DNA from: Spongospora subterranea f. sp. subterranea | Taxonomy: Eukaryota | Direction: 5' to 3' | Assembly: GCA_049724395.1 (NCBI GenBank) | Contig: JAUGWO010000062.1 | Span: forward strand, 1-64,000 | Length of the DNA stretch: 64,000 nt | Shown here: positions 1 through 10,521 of the stretch, piece after piece | How the letters are laid out: every line of letters begins with the position of its first letter | How positions within the stretch are numbered: position 1 is the stretch's first letter | Notes under the pieces: generated by a model | What the model was told of the DNA's origin: nothing | The model's database searches: none | The model's input: only the letters and a program-made list of their open reading frames with translations | Position numbers and translations under genes: made by a program

Positions 1-301
1 CTTGTTGACATTATAGGGGTCGCCCTTCAAAGCAGACAACCTCTAAGTTGTTGACCGCATCGAGAATGTGAAGGGCACATAATGAAAAATATAGGCGGGA
101 GCAGTAGGACAATCATCATATTGTCAATTGATGAGTCAGTCGAATTGACTTCTGTCAAATCACCATGACACTGTTACACATGCTCCGTCATAATGTATCC
201 ATGGATGACTGTACTCACCGTACCCTCTGGTGACGCCATAAAGCCGCCAGTTATCAAGAACACTGTTTGATCAATGTCTTGATGATCGTGTTGCCGATCT
301 A

Positions 302-415
302 TTATTGCGCCCGGCAACTATCAGGGGCGCCAATCCCGATAAACAGCGAACAAAATTAGACAGCTTTATTACACCGAAAAAAGCCCCGTAACATGGGGAA
401 CAGTGACGCGATGAC
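302..415. repeat. Diverged direct repeat of 2948-3072 (probable retroelement leader sequence)
   Basis: Both copies share TATTGCGCCCGGCAAC(T/A)ATCAGGGGCGCC ... AGCCCCGTAAC(A/G)TGGGG(A/C)AC. Confidence 0.75.
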
Positions 416-485
416 AGGCGCTACACTGCCTTCCTCCGAGAACGAGGAACTGCAGCTCCTTCAAGACTGAACACCATATCACCAG

Positions 486-1715
486 ATGAGGCAAGGTATC
501 CTTTTTTTAGCTTGGATGAAAGGAAAACAGGCACTTCTTGATATAAATGGAGAAGAGTTTCCCACGAGTCATGCAGTTGATCATGCTTTCGACCTTCCTG
601 CTCCGGATAAGCAGGATGTCCGAGTTCGTGAACATTCTCAAATGTCGCGAGTCAACAACGCTATCCATAACCATCCGTTAGAGAAAGAAGGATTTGAAAT
701 TCCACTGTCGTCTGGAATCACGATTTCGGATACGTTTCGTGCAGCTGTGGATGATGGTGCCGATTTGGTAATTATTGGGTCAACCATTGTCGAAGTCTGT
801 CCACAGTCCCTTCAGTCTGAAAACCTTCAGTTGCGTCTAGCGAATACTATCTATTTTGCTTGTAAGAAAAGTCTACTTCTGGATGTCACCATTTTACCAA
901 TGCGGGGCCAATCATAATTCGTGCGCAAAGGATTTATGTGATTGATGACGAGATGCCTGAAGTTTTATTGGGAAGACCTCTGTTACGCCGATTGGGAATT
1001 GATGTTGAATCCCAGCTATGCTCGCTCGCTATCAAAGAAAGTGAAAAGGAACCTGATTCCCAAGATGACATGGACAAGGACTTTCCGGAAAGTATTTTGT
1101 GAGACAAAAATGACGCAGAACTTCAACAAGGTCTTAAATGATCGTGTTCAAAAAACTGTCTAGATGGGGTCTCCTCCTGTGTTTTCCAAAGATCTTGGTG
1201 TTTTGCTTACCGAATTTATTGACATTTTTGGTTTTCGTCTGGGGAAGGATCCGCCTGTCAAAGTCACACCGTTGGAGTTAGTTTTGACACCGGGTTCCAT
1301 TCAGATTTTTGCGAAACCACGACGTATGTCTCCGTTGGCCTCTCAGTATCTTCAGACGTTAGCGCATGAATTAGCAGAGTGCAATCTTATCTATCACAAC
1401 TACCAGTCCTCTTGAGCTCTACCGGCGTTTGTTGTAAATGCGGAGACGAAACCAAGCATGGTGGTGGATATCATTCTAGTAAATAAGTGTCTTCAACCTC
1501 AGCACTTTCCGATGCCATACCTGCACACCTTGGGTTCTTATATCTCTGATTCGTCGTGTTTTTCACTCTGGATGCATTTAAAGGTTATTGGCAGTTCCCC
1601 GTTTCTGGCTATCTTGATTGTAAAACTTTATTACCCCCTTTGGTGTTTATACTCCTACCAGACTGGCACAAGAAAACAGCAATGGAGTGTTTGCACCTCA
1701 GTGAGGAATGTAGGA
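486..1715 (+). mobile_element. Decayed Ty3/Gypsy pol fragment (protease - reverse transcriptase N-terminus)
   Basis: Broken frames give a protease-like segment (AAVDDGADLVIIG ... VIDDEMPEVLLGRPLLRRLGID), a pre-RT segment (FRLGKDPPVKVTPL...KPRRMSP) and RT motifs (MVVDIILVNK...HFPMP, FFTLDAFKGYWQFPV). Multiple stops and frameshifts. Confidence 0.85.
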
Positions 1716-1721
1716 AATATT

Positions 1722-3075
1722 TCACGAGCAAGCAAGATAGGTAGTATTCGCTAGACGCAACTGAAGGTTTTCAGACCGAACAGGGACTGTGGACAGACTC
1801 CGAAAGTTGTTTGACCCAATAATTACCAAATCGGCACCATCATCCACAGCTGCACGAACCGTTTCCGAAATCGTGATTCCAAACGACAGTAGAACTTCAA
1901 ATCCTTCTTTCTCTACCGGATGGTTATGGATAGCGTTGGTGACTCGCGACATTCGAGAATGTTCACGAACTCGGACATCCTGCTTATCCGAAGCAGGAAG
2001 GTCGAAAGCAATTTGGGGACGGGACGTTCTCACAGCAGACCGACCTCTGGCAAGTTGCAATTGTTTCCATCGGGAGTTGTTGGAGGCTTCGGCTTCTGCA
2101 GCAATAATCGCTTTCAATATCGATAAAGCTTTGTTTGCCAAGGCAAAAATTTCCGACAGCTTCAATACCCTGGTCGCGTTGAGTCGTAACAGTTCAGCAT
2201 AAAGCTGCGTTTTGAAACGCAGAATTTGGAGAAATAGGCGACAGCAATTTGACTTAAACATTGAAAAATCCGGTAACAATTGTTTCGCTTGATGGAAATA
2301 CTGAGAGTGTCTTAGAATGTAATCCGGTTGTGATTCTCTTTCATTCGGTAAAGAATTTTCCAACTTGTTTCGGAAGGCATCCTCCAGCGTCCCGGATCAG
2401 CAGTAGAAGCGTACCAGACGGCCATCTTATCTGACAAAATCGACGACGACATCACCGGTTCATAGAAAGCACGATCTTGAGCCGCTCCAGTTAAGCACCG
2501 GTACCAACGGATGCTGACAAGGTCAACCTTTTAAATCGGCTTTTGAATGGCGAAAATTTGAAAGCTCGTGTGATAAAAATATTCGATTCATCGAGAAGGT
2601 TTACATCTCGAGTACCCATATATCGACTGGCATCGTCAGATGAAACAATCTCCGAAAACTTCGTTAAATCTGAAATTAATGGGCTCTGAAGTTTCAGTTA
2701 CCACATTTTCAGTCGACTTCGATTTATCCGAAAAACCTTTCATCAACGCCATCATTTGCTCTGTCAAAATTTGATTTTGCCGAGCGCTGGAACAAAAGCT
2801 TAATCAACCGTTGCTGGTCAGACGGGGTCTCAGCCGTTGCAGAGATCGATTCTTGCTCCTCATTAATTTCAGTAGTCACTTCAAGTTCAGGTGAATTTCT
2901 AGTCTTCATTTTCGTTGATATTGCTGGGTTGAATCGTTATTGGCCAATATTGCGCCCGGCAACAATCAGGGGCGCCGATCCCCGATAACCGCAAATTACG
3001 GGTACGACCAAACGACGAGAACAAAACTTACACCAAATCAGCCCCGTAACGTGGGGCACGGTGCCAGCGATGATA
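1722..3075 (-). mobile_element. Second Gypsy fragment of the same family (leader, gag-like region, protease), inverted relative to the first
   Basis: 1731-2010 is the reverse complement of ~585-862 (same AFDLPA.DKQDVRVREHS...AAVDDGADLVIIG peptide). Upstream minus-strand ORF pieces are gag-like in position. Confidence 0.7.
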
Positions 3076-3350
3076 GAACTTGTTGAAACAGTTCAACGTC
3101 CGGTAACCGTGCCATGGCGCTGCAGTGCCACACAGGTGTCGCTGTTAGAAGACATGCTATTTCGCAGAGACTCAGTCTAGGTCATCGGGCCGGGTTTAAC
3201 CAAGGAAAGGTAGCTGCTGATTTCCAGGACACCAAAGGACGTTCCTACTGGACCTGAAAATCGCAAACCGATTTTGGACAAAAGGGCCCCTTTTTCATCC
3301 ACGTTTTCTATCAGGAACCGTTGCAGTAAGCACTAGCGCATGTTCAAGTT

Positions 3351-3440
3351 CTCTTCACGATAACACAAAGGGCAAGAGATCTTTTCACGATAACACAAAG
3401 GGCAAGAGATCTTTTCACGATAACACAAAGGGCAAGAGAC
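3351..3440. repeat. 30-bp tandem repeat, 3 copies
   Basis: CT(T/C)TTCACGATAACACAAAGGGCAAGAGA(T/C) x3. Confidence 0.95.
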
Positions 3441-4145
3441 GACCAAGGGTGACAGTTCATTCCTAGTTTCTCTGAGCACGGCAAAAATGCACGCTGAGAA
3501 TTTGCTGTTGTGATGCCTCACGTAGCTTTTATACCGAATTTGTTGAAAGCATCTGTTGAATATATCGTGTCGTGCTTGTGTTAGATGAAGTCGACGGCTC
3601 AGCAAGAGTAGCAGTAAATGTCTCAACGTGAACTCCTCAGCATGAAAAGCGCTTGACCTCAATCGTTTTGGACTAAGACGGCGTCGATTGGGACGTGGTA
3701 ACCGGAAAGAAATTGGAATCACGACGCCTTGTTCGTGTTGTTGGATTCAGCATTTTGATCGAGCGATATATTCAGGGGTCAAATAATCGTGCAAAATTGG
3801 TTGTTGGTGGTGGCGCTCCAGGTTCGGGTCATCGCCTCCACTACCAAAAAGTTTATCATGGTCGTTTTCCTTTGGCTATGGATGTTGTTCATGATATGGT
3901 TGCCCCTGACGATGCCCACGACCTTCACCCTGCTAAACGCGAATACAATAGATTGTTGGTGAAGTACCGCCCTATTAACTGCAGACTAATCACAACAGAA
4001 AAGTTGTATGACACACTTATGGCCTTTAAACTCGTTCGTCTCATCTTGACTCTGAACTCATCCTTGCCCGATGGCGAACCGCGCTATTGTTGCGCCATGC
4101 ATTCATCCAATGGGAAGCGAAAAGGGTTAAAAAAAACACGCTTAC

Positions 4146-4765
4146 CAGTTCCTGAGCGAGGATCCTGTGCAAAGCGTGCGCCTTGGCCTCCCCAAGCTCC
4201 ACCACGACCACGGCCACGGAATCCGCCCCGGCCACGAGTTCCACCGATACGTTGAATGCCAAATTTGGGCTTAGGTTTTGGTCGAGTGTCAACAAGCGAA
4301 AACGACGTCTCATCATCTGTTAACAACCAAACAATAAACAACAATTGTAAATAAACAAAAAACATGTCGGCAAAATTGAGCTCAGAGAGAAGATTAGCAA
4401 AATAGAGTATTCTTCATAAATACGCTCCGAATAGTGTGTCTCATCATTGCTCAAGTTAACAGGCAATCAAAGTATAATATAACCTTGCTGTGAGTAGGAG
4501 AAAGCAGCAGAGGAAGCGCCATAAGCAGCATATCGGTCACGTCTGGGCTCCTGGTTGAATGCCTGCGGAGCCGATACAAAATCGGCAGGTTTTCCAATAC
4601 GATCAAATTTACTGAATAAAGAAAACGGGACCTGAGAGGCTTGCCCTGATAAATGGTCAGCAAAGAAAAGTGAGTTGATCAGAGACTTATACGAACCTTT
4701 GAAGTTGGTGGCCGGGCCCCATCCATCAGTGCTCGAACAAAACGGTTGCAGTTCAAGAGACGCGT
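4146..4765 (-). pseudogene. EIF3D: 5' fragment (3 exons) of translation initiation factor eIF3 subunit d
   Basis: Exons ~4765-4697, 4645-4484 and 4316-4146 splice in frame through GT-AG introns. They give ...STDGWGP..|..VPFSLFSKFDRIGKPADF...AAFSYSQQ|DDETSFSLVDTRPKPK..RGRGG, matching the eIF3d N-terminal GWGP / PFSKxDRLGKxADW / DExSFxLVD motifs. No in-frame ATG was seen, and no eIF3d core follows. Confidence 0.8.
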
Positions 4766-5119
4766 GTCCTGAACTTGTTGGGATTGTTGGTGGTGGCGAT
4801 CAGACCAACTCGATCTGTGACAATCGAACTTGGTCATGGTTGGGACGAACCGCTTGGCTCCGGTCAGGCCAATACGCCCACAACAATCGCCTTCTCGACT
4901 ATCTCAGTATGGATGGCGGAATATCGCTCCAAAGAGTCGCCAAATTCTGAGCTCATTGGTCCTTGCAAAACACCATGTCGCCGTTGCAGGAGTGGGCAAT
5001 TCTCCATGACAAGACCCAAGGTTACACAATTCAGTATTGGAATATTCGACATTGAAGTCAAATTTGCTGCCAGGCAATTCCTTTTTGGTGTTTGATTTTT
5101 CCCATATCAATCGTGTCGA

Positions 5120-5902
5120 CAAGTTTGGGGAAAGTTCTTTGATCAATGTAGTCGTTCAGTTCATCTTCATATAAATTCGGCTTGTTAAGTGCGTTTTTAG
5201 AAATGGGACTCGGGCCCGGGTTCGAAAATTGACGCGTCCCATATTAGAATTGAGTCTCAACAGTTGAGCCAAGAGCGCGAGAACCTCAATTGCCTTATCG
5301 ATTCAAATCGAATTCCTATTGATTCGGAAATTTTGCCGTCAAAAGACTTTTTCGAGAACCTCGTGCCAGATAACAGACACATCCACCAGTTTGGGGACAG
5401 TTCTTCGATGAATGTAGTCGTTCGATTCATTTTCATATAGAAGTTCGGCTTGTTAAGTGCGTTTTTAGGAATGGCACGAATGTCGGGCCCGGGGTCGAAA
5501 ATTGACGTGTCCCATATCATGATCGATTCTCAACAGTTAGGCCAAGAGCGCGAGAATCTCGATTGCCTTATCGATCTAAATCGGATTCCTATTGATTCGG
5601 AAATGTTGCCGTCAAAAGACTCTCTCGAGAATCTCGTGCCAGATAACAGAAACGCCCGCCAGTTTGGTGACAGTTCTTCCAGAAACTTAGCCCTTCAGTC
5701 CATGTCCAAATTGTGTTTCGGTTTGCTAAGTTCGTCTTAGGATTGGAACCCGAGCACGAGTTCAAACCGTGATGCATTCCGTATCAGTATTGATGGTCAA
5801 CAGTCAATTGAAAGCGTTAGGGCAAAACTTTCGATTGCCGCATCGAAAATACAAGTAATTCAAAAAACCAGCCAGATGACGTTCGTGAGAATTTCGTGCC
5901 AG
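5120..5902 (+). repeat. ~270-bp tandem repeat (2 close copies plus a diverged third), probably coding
   Basis: AGTTTGG(G/T)GA recurs at ~5122, 5388 and 5661. The + frame gives GPGSKID(A/V)SHI.I(E/D)SQQL.QEREN.CLID.NRIPIDSE.LPSKD in both close copies, with many third-position differences. Confidence 0.75.
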
Positions 5903-6194
5903 TAAGAAATTGCCGATAATCGTTATCACCAATATCTGATTATGTCGTACTAGGAGGAGCAGAGCTCACAAAATGGTTGAGGTTCGTAATGTCAAATACT
6001 TGGTGGGATTGAAAATTCTCTGTCGGCCCATAAACTAAACTGGGACCTGGATGAGGTCAAAGACTATGATAGCCTCTGTGTTTTTCTGGTTAGAACTCTG
6101 GTTCCCCGCTCTGTCTGGGATTTGATGGTCACAAACGGTATCGTCTGTTTAGGGAAACGAGACGAATTCAAAACAGGTCGAGTTTCACGACAGT

Positions 6195-7298
6195 TTGGCC
6201 ATAATGGAATACATGATGGAATTACTCGGAAAGTCGGGGCGGGATACCGTTGAGGTCGGACAAAACAAGGTCTATGTTCCTGATACTAGGCTAATTGCCA
6301 AGGCAACCAGCACCCTTCAAAAACTGATCCTAATTTCGAATTTTGTTTTGAAACTGGGCTCTTGCAGAAGATCGCTCTGCAGTATTATCCCTAATGTGAT
6401 TATTTGTCTCAAGCGCACCTGTATCCCCGTCCTTCAATGTCTCGTGAAATGTTGTGGCAAAAACATGGACCTGTTCCAGACACGTTGGGGAACGCGTTTC
6501 AACCACCGTAATTTTGGATTGACATCCTGCCCCGGTCGTGGATCAATTCATAACACCTGCGGTTACCACAGGACGAAAATCGTCATAGAAAACCTGACAG
6601 CAGGCTTCATTCGCCTGTTGTTAGAAATACTGATTAACAATTGAACTTTCAGAAACAAAGACTCCGGTTCATTGGATCTCAAAGCTCTTGTTCTGGCTGT
6701 TTCAATGTCAAAAACCGCAGAAGAAAAACTCAAACTGTGCTGTGAATTCAACGAGAAATACCGATCAAGTGTCCCCGCAACTCAAAAACTTCTCCGATCA
6801 TATCATAACCAGTCTCCGAGACCCATCTGGGGGTGCTTTGTTCATCATTGTGGCCAAAATATTAATGAGTGGATTCAAAAATGGGGCGATCAATTCACAC
6901 ATGGGGGATTCAGAAGGCGGAAATGTCATGGCTTAAAGTCCTTTCAATGCGGATCGATCAACCGACCATTTGATATTCGAGCAAGACTTGATCTTCGCGG
7001 TAAATCAACCCGAGTCCTCCTCCCAGCGCTTTCCAAAATTCTCGAAGAGTATGATCAGTTCGTGATTACGAAGACAGCATCACAGAGGCCGCCTAATCCG
7101 GATTTAACCGCTCTGATCAACAAATGCCGTCCTAATTACAATTGTTTACATCGTCATTGCGCTGGAAGTGTTGAGGAATTTGTTCGGAGATGGGGAGAAT
7201 TAGTATTCTACACCACGTTCAGTCGATATTACTGTCCTGGAACAGGCACAATGGAATATGATATCTGTCCATATAATTCTCTGCCATCCCAAGTTTAG
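6195..7298 (+). CDS. Hypothetical protein with three Cys/His/Trp-containing repeat domains (one in-frame TGA at 6642, possibly intronic)
   Basis: ORFs 6195-6644 and 6672-7298 are in the same frame. The stop sits in an acceptor-like tract (CTGATTAAC...TTTCAG). There are three copies of P-x3-C-(L/F)-x2-(H/C)-C-x6-(F/W)-x2-(R/K)WG...F...C-x-G. Start uncertain. Confidence 0.6.
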
Positions 7299-7565
7299 AT
7301 CAAGGTGGACCCTCCAATATAGATGAAGTTAATAAACCTGATTAGCATAAGAATAATTTCACAAGGCGTTATAGGAGTATTCTGTTGTATTTATATCAAT
7401 TTTTATCGATATAATTCCGTTGGGGTCTTTGACACAAACCCAATTACTGAAAATGGGAAAACGCATCACGATAAATCGACTTGTCGACAAATGGGATATA
7501 GCCGGGTTAAAACATACAGAATGTGATGTGTTATATATCCAGCCAACAATCACAATAGAAGCGAA

Positions 7566-8209
7566 TGTTCTAAATTGACCATAGCGGTCGAGGGAGTCTG
7601 TTGCCATATTTCACCTGGAGGGCAACGGTCAAAGTATTATTCAAATAACACGACATCGCCGACCACAACATTATTTCATGAATCTGACCGACCCGTCATC
7701 TCCATTGGATACAATTTGGTCACCCGCCGCTCCGCCGTCTTCAAATGTCAATCTTTCCTCAGGTATTATCCGACCCTATATCGCTGAAATACGCTCCGAA
7801 TTCCCCGAACTTGCATCGCCAGGCCTCACTGGTTCGTTCTGGTAATCGTGCCAAACGGAATAGATTAGCGACTGTGCTCCAATTGCAGTAATCCAGATTG
7901 GTTATTTATTTCTATATTCCCTTCAAATACGTGTTTTCAGACGAAGAATTAGGTGGAATGGCGAGGTCCTGCCAGGGCAATCGAAACCATCACGAATTGC
8001 AACATCATGTCAAACCACTTGGTTTGGTTTGGTATAGAAAGGATCGCGTGTTGTTATCGGCCGATGTGCTGCCGCCCGGTCAACAGTGACCAGGGAGGAA
8101 TAGCGATGAAAGGAGAGGAGATGATGAAGAGAGAGAGGAAAGAAGTAGTGTTTATTAGAGAGGAAAAGAGTACCGACGGGACAGGACAGGGGAGTCAAGG
8201 AGTAGAACA
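7566..8209 (-). mobile_element. Putative 3' LTR of the chromovirus fragment at 8210-9185
   Basis: Minus-strand purine tract AAAACAGGGGAA is immediately followed by TGTTCTA (8209). A matching inverted TGTTCTA lies at 7566. An alternative shorter end is possible near 7932 (TGTT). Confidence 0.5.
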
Positions 8210-9185
8210 TTCCCCTGTTTTGAATCAGGAGAAGTTCGGCAGAAAGTGGCTCAATGGGACGTGCTTGGAGAAAGGATTTCACAAACTGAGGAACATCCGA
8301 AGCAATTAAGATAAACGGCTCCCAGGTGATATCTGATGGCTCAAAACCCTGCCAACCGAACAGCAGTTCGATTTCACCGGAACCAGCGTTGCGCCGCAAA
8401 TAGCAAATGGAGGAGACGTTATATGTAGCACCCTGCGATGCGATATTGAAGAAGGGGCGTTGTGAGGTTGAGGGTCTTGTCATGATAATACATCAGACGT
8501 TGGCAATCCATTGCCGAGATGTCCGAAGTGATCAAATTTTTTACAATGAACACGTGCGCGTTGACCACGTCAACAATCTGTGCTGGACCAACCAAGTTAA
8601 CACAGAATTTATACTCTGACTCGGTGAAGGGTAGAGCACATAATCGCCTGTAGTAAAAGATGGTGGAACTGTGATTTCGACAACATCGGTGCTTCTGAGG
8701 GCGCTGTCTGAATACACGATCAGCCACTTCCTTGTGCATGGAATCCAGAGCGTCAGAAAGATCGACTGTGATCTCATTGATTCGCTGTTGAGCTATAGGA
8801 ACATAAACAATGGTGTCATTGTGACCAAGGAAAATTGACGACAATAAAAAAAAAGGTTGAAAGCCTGTGAAAATGGTGACGGGAGAGAAACCGATCTTGG
8901 GACGAACACGATGGTTGAGGACCATATTGACGAGAGAAAGAATATACGGTCAATTTTCATCGAAAGGAAGGCTGAACTCCGACAATAATTTCTGTAGAGT
9001 CGATAGAATATGTCGGTTGACGATCTGTACGGTCCCGTTGGCCCATGGAGTGTAGGCGGTAGTAAAGTGTCGAGCAATATGTGGACGAGAGCACAATTCC
9101 TCAACCACACTGTTCTTGAAGTGTGATCCCTGATCAGACACGTGTTGGTAAACTATCCCGAACCGTTTAAACCAGTCGATGAGGG
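8210..9185 (-). mobile_element. Decayed Gypsy integrase + chromodomain (chromovirus-type)
   Basis: Integrase core GIVYQHVSDQGSHFKN...TTAYTPWANGTVQIVN, GPA-containing C-terminal module, and chromodomain (LLFGWQGFEPSDITWEPF...DVPQFV). Frameshifted. Confidence 0.9.
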
Positions 9186-9399
9186 CGAATACCTCTGTGC
9201 GGGCGACGAAAACGATTCGATGGACCCGAGAGTCGTGCCTATATTAAAAAGGAACGACATATCAACATGACTGGCCCACGAACGTGATCGACGCAAAGTT
9301 CGATGACCTGAATGAAGGAACAAAGTCCCGAGGGACTATGCCTTGTTAGATGGTTTAAGCCGACTGCATTCACTCTTACACAACGACCCGAACTTGGTT

Positions 9400-10000
9400 A
9401 GAGTTATCGGTGCATGTCTTGGCAGTTTTTTTCGTTTCGGACGTTCGAATTTCGAGGCACTCCCGCAACGTTCGTGAAACCGCTTTCGGAAGAGTTAGAC
9501 GAAATTCACTCAACCGCCGGGTTACCAATATGGTCAAGAGGTCCGAATATCAAAATACGAAAGTGTTCGTGAGCATATTTCGGGTGATAATCGCCCGTTG
9601 GTCTCTTGATACGCATCACCATAAGTCACTCAAACGACGATGTCTAATACCGCTTATCTCGATATTACTCTTTCATTGCGGGAAGGGACCGGGAATTTCC
9701 GAAACAATAATTGCTGCGTCAATGACGAGGACATGGAAACCGTTTCAATAGGAAAACCTGAACTTTTCAAAATGGGGGCTGATCCAGAAACCATTTTAAG
9801 CAAACAACCTTTCGAAGCGCCGAAATCAGTATGAAAATCTTTGGCGTGTTAAACTGGGAAGTGATCCTCCTGCCAAATTGTCGCCCCAGAACCTACACTT
9901 CACCCAAGCTGATGAGCCGGTACGATGCAAAAATCGTCGGTATCCTCCTGCTTATATAGACTTTATGCATGAACATACCGAGAGAACCGGTGAAATGAGG
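9400..10000 (+). mobile_element. Decayed Gypsy protease / pre-RT fragment
   Basis: AYLDITLSL...ETVSIGKPELFKMGADP resembles a protease C-terminus. LWRVKLGSDPPAKLSP...EPVRCKNRRYPP...FMHEH resembles the pre-RT segment also seen at 1164-1415. Confidence 0.65.
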
Positions 10001-10521
10001 CAGAATAGGGGAGTATGCCAATAGCATTATTACACCATTCCTGACAGAACTAACCAAGGGCGAATTCTTGCTTGGAGACAACCAGACCTCATGAAGATCA
10101 CGCTCGGGTGTTATTGTTGACTTTATCTGAATGGGACCGCCAAATGTTCTTTAGCAGCGACGCATCGATTTTGTGAGAGAATGGCCCAAACTTGTTGGGT
10201 GTGATCTCGGATCTGCTACGATTGCTGCAGTGGGAGGTGGATTGTTGATGGTTTCATCGAAAGGGTCACATTATTCATTACTTTATCAACATGTTTACTA
10301 ATGAAGGGTGGAATGGTGTGTTGTCGTCATCGAAAACAGCATATTGCTCAATATGTCTCCAGCTTGAATGTCCTCAACGACCCTTTTTCAAAGTTAAAGT
10401 GTGATCTGATATGTCGACAATTATCAACGTGGGACACAGCGGCTGAAAAACAACAGACTGGGTCATAACAGTCAATTAAACATTCGCAAAATGTGTTTGT
10501 ATTGGCAGAAGATGCTGCTTA

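Noticed and set aside
3041..3058. AACGTGGGGC resembling part of a tRNA-Lys primer-binding site
   Set aside because: Lacks the TGGCGCCC start and is on the wrong strand for the adjacent gag-protease fragment.
3695..4255. 186-aa plus-strand ORF with Pro/Arg-rich end
   Set aside because: The Pro/Arg tail is the antisense of the eIF3d RGG exon, and no recognisable motif is present.
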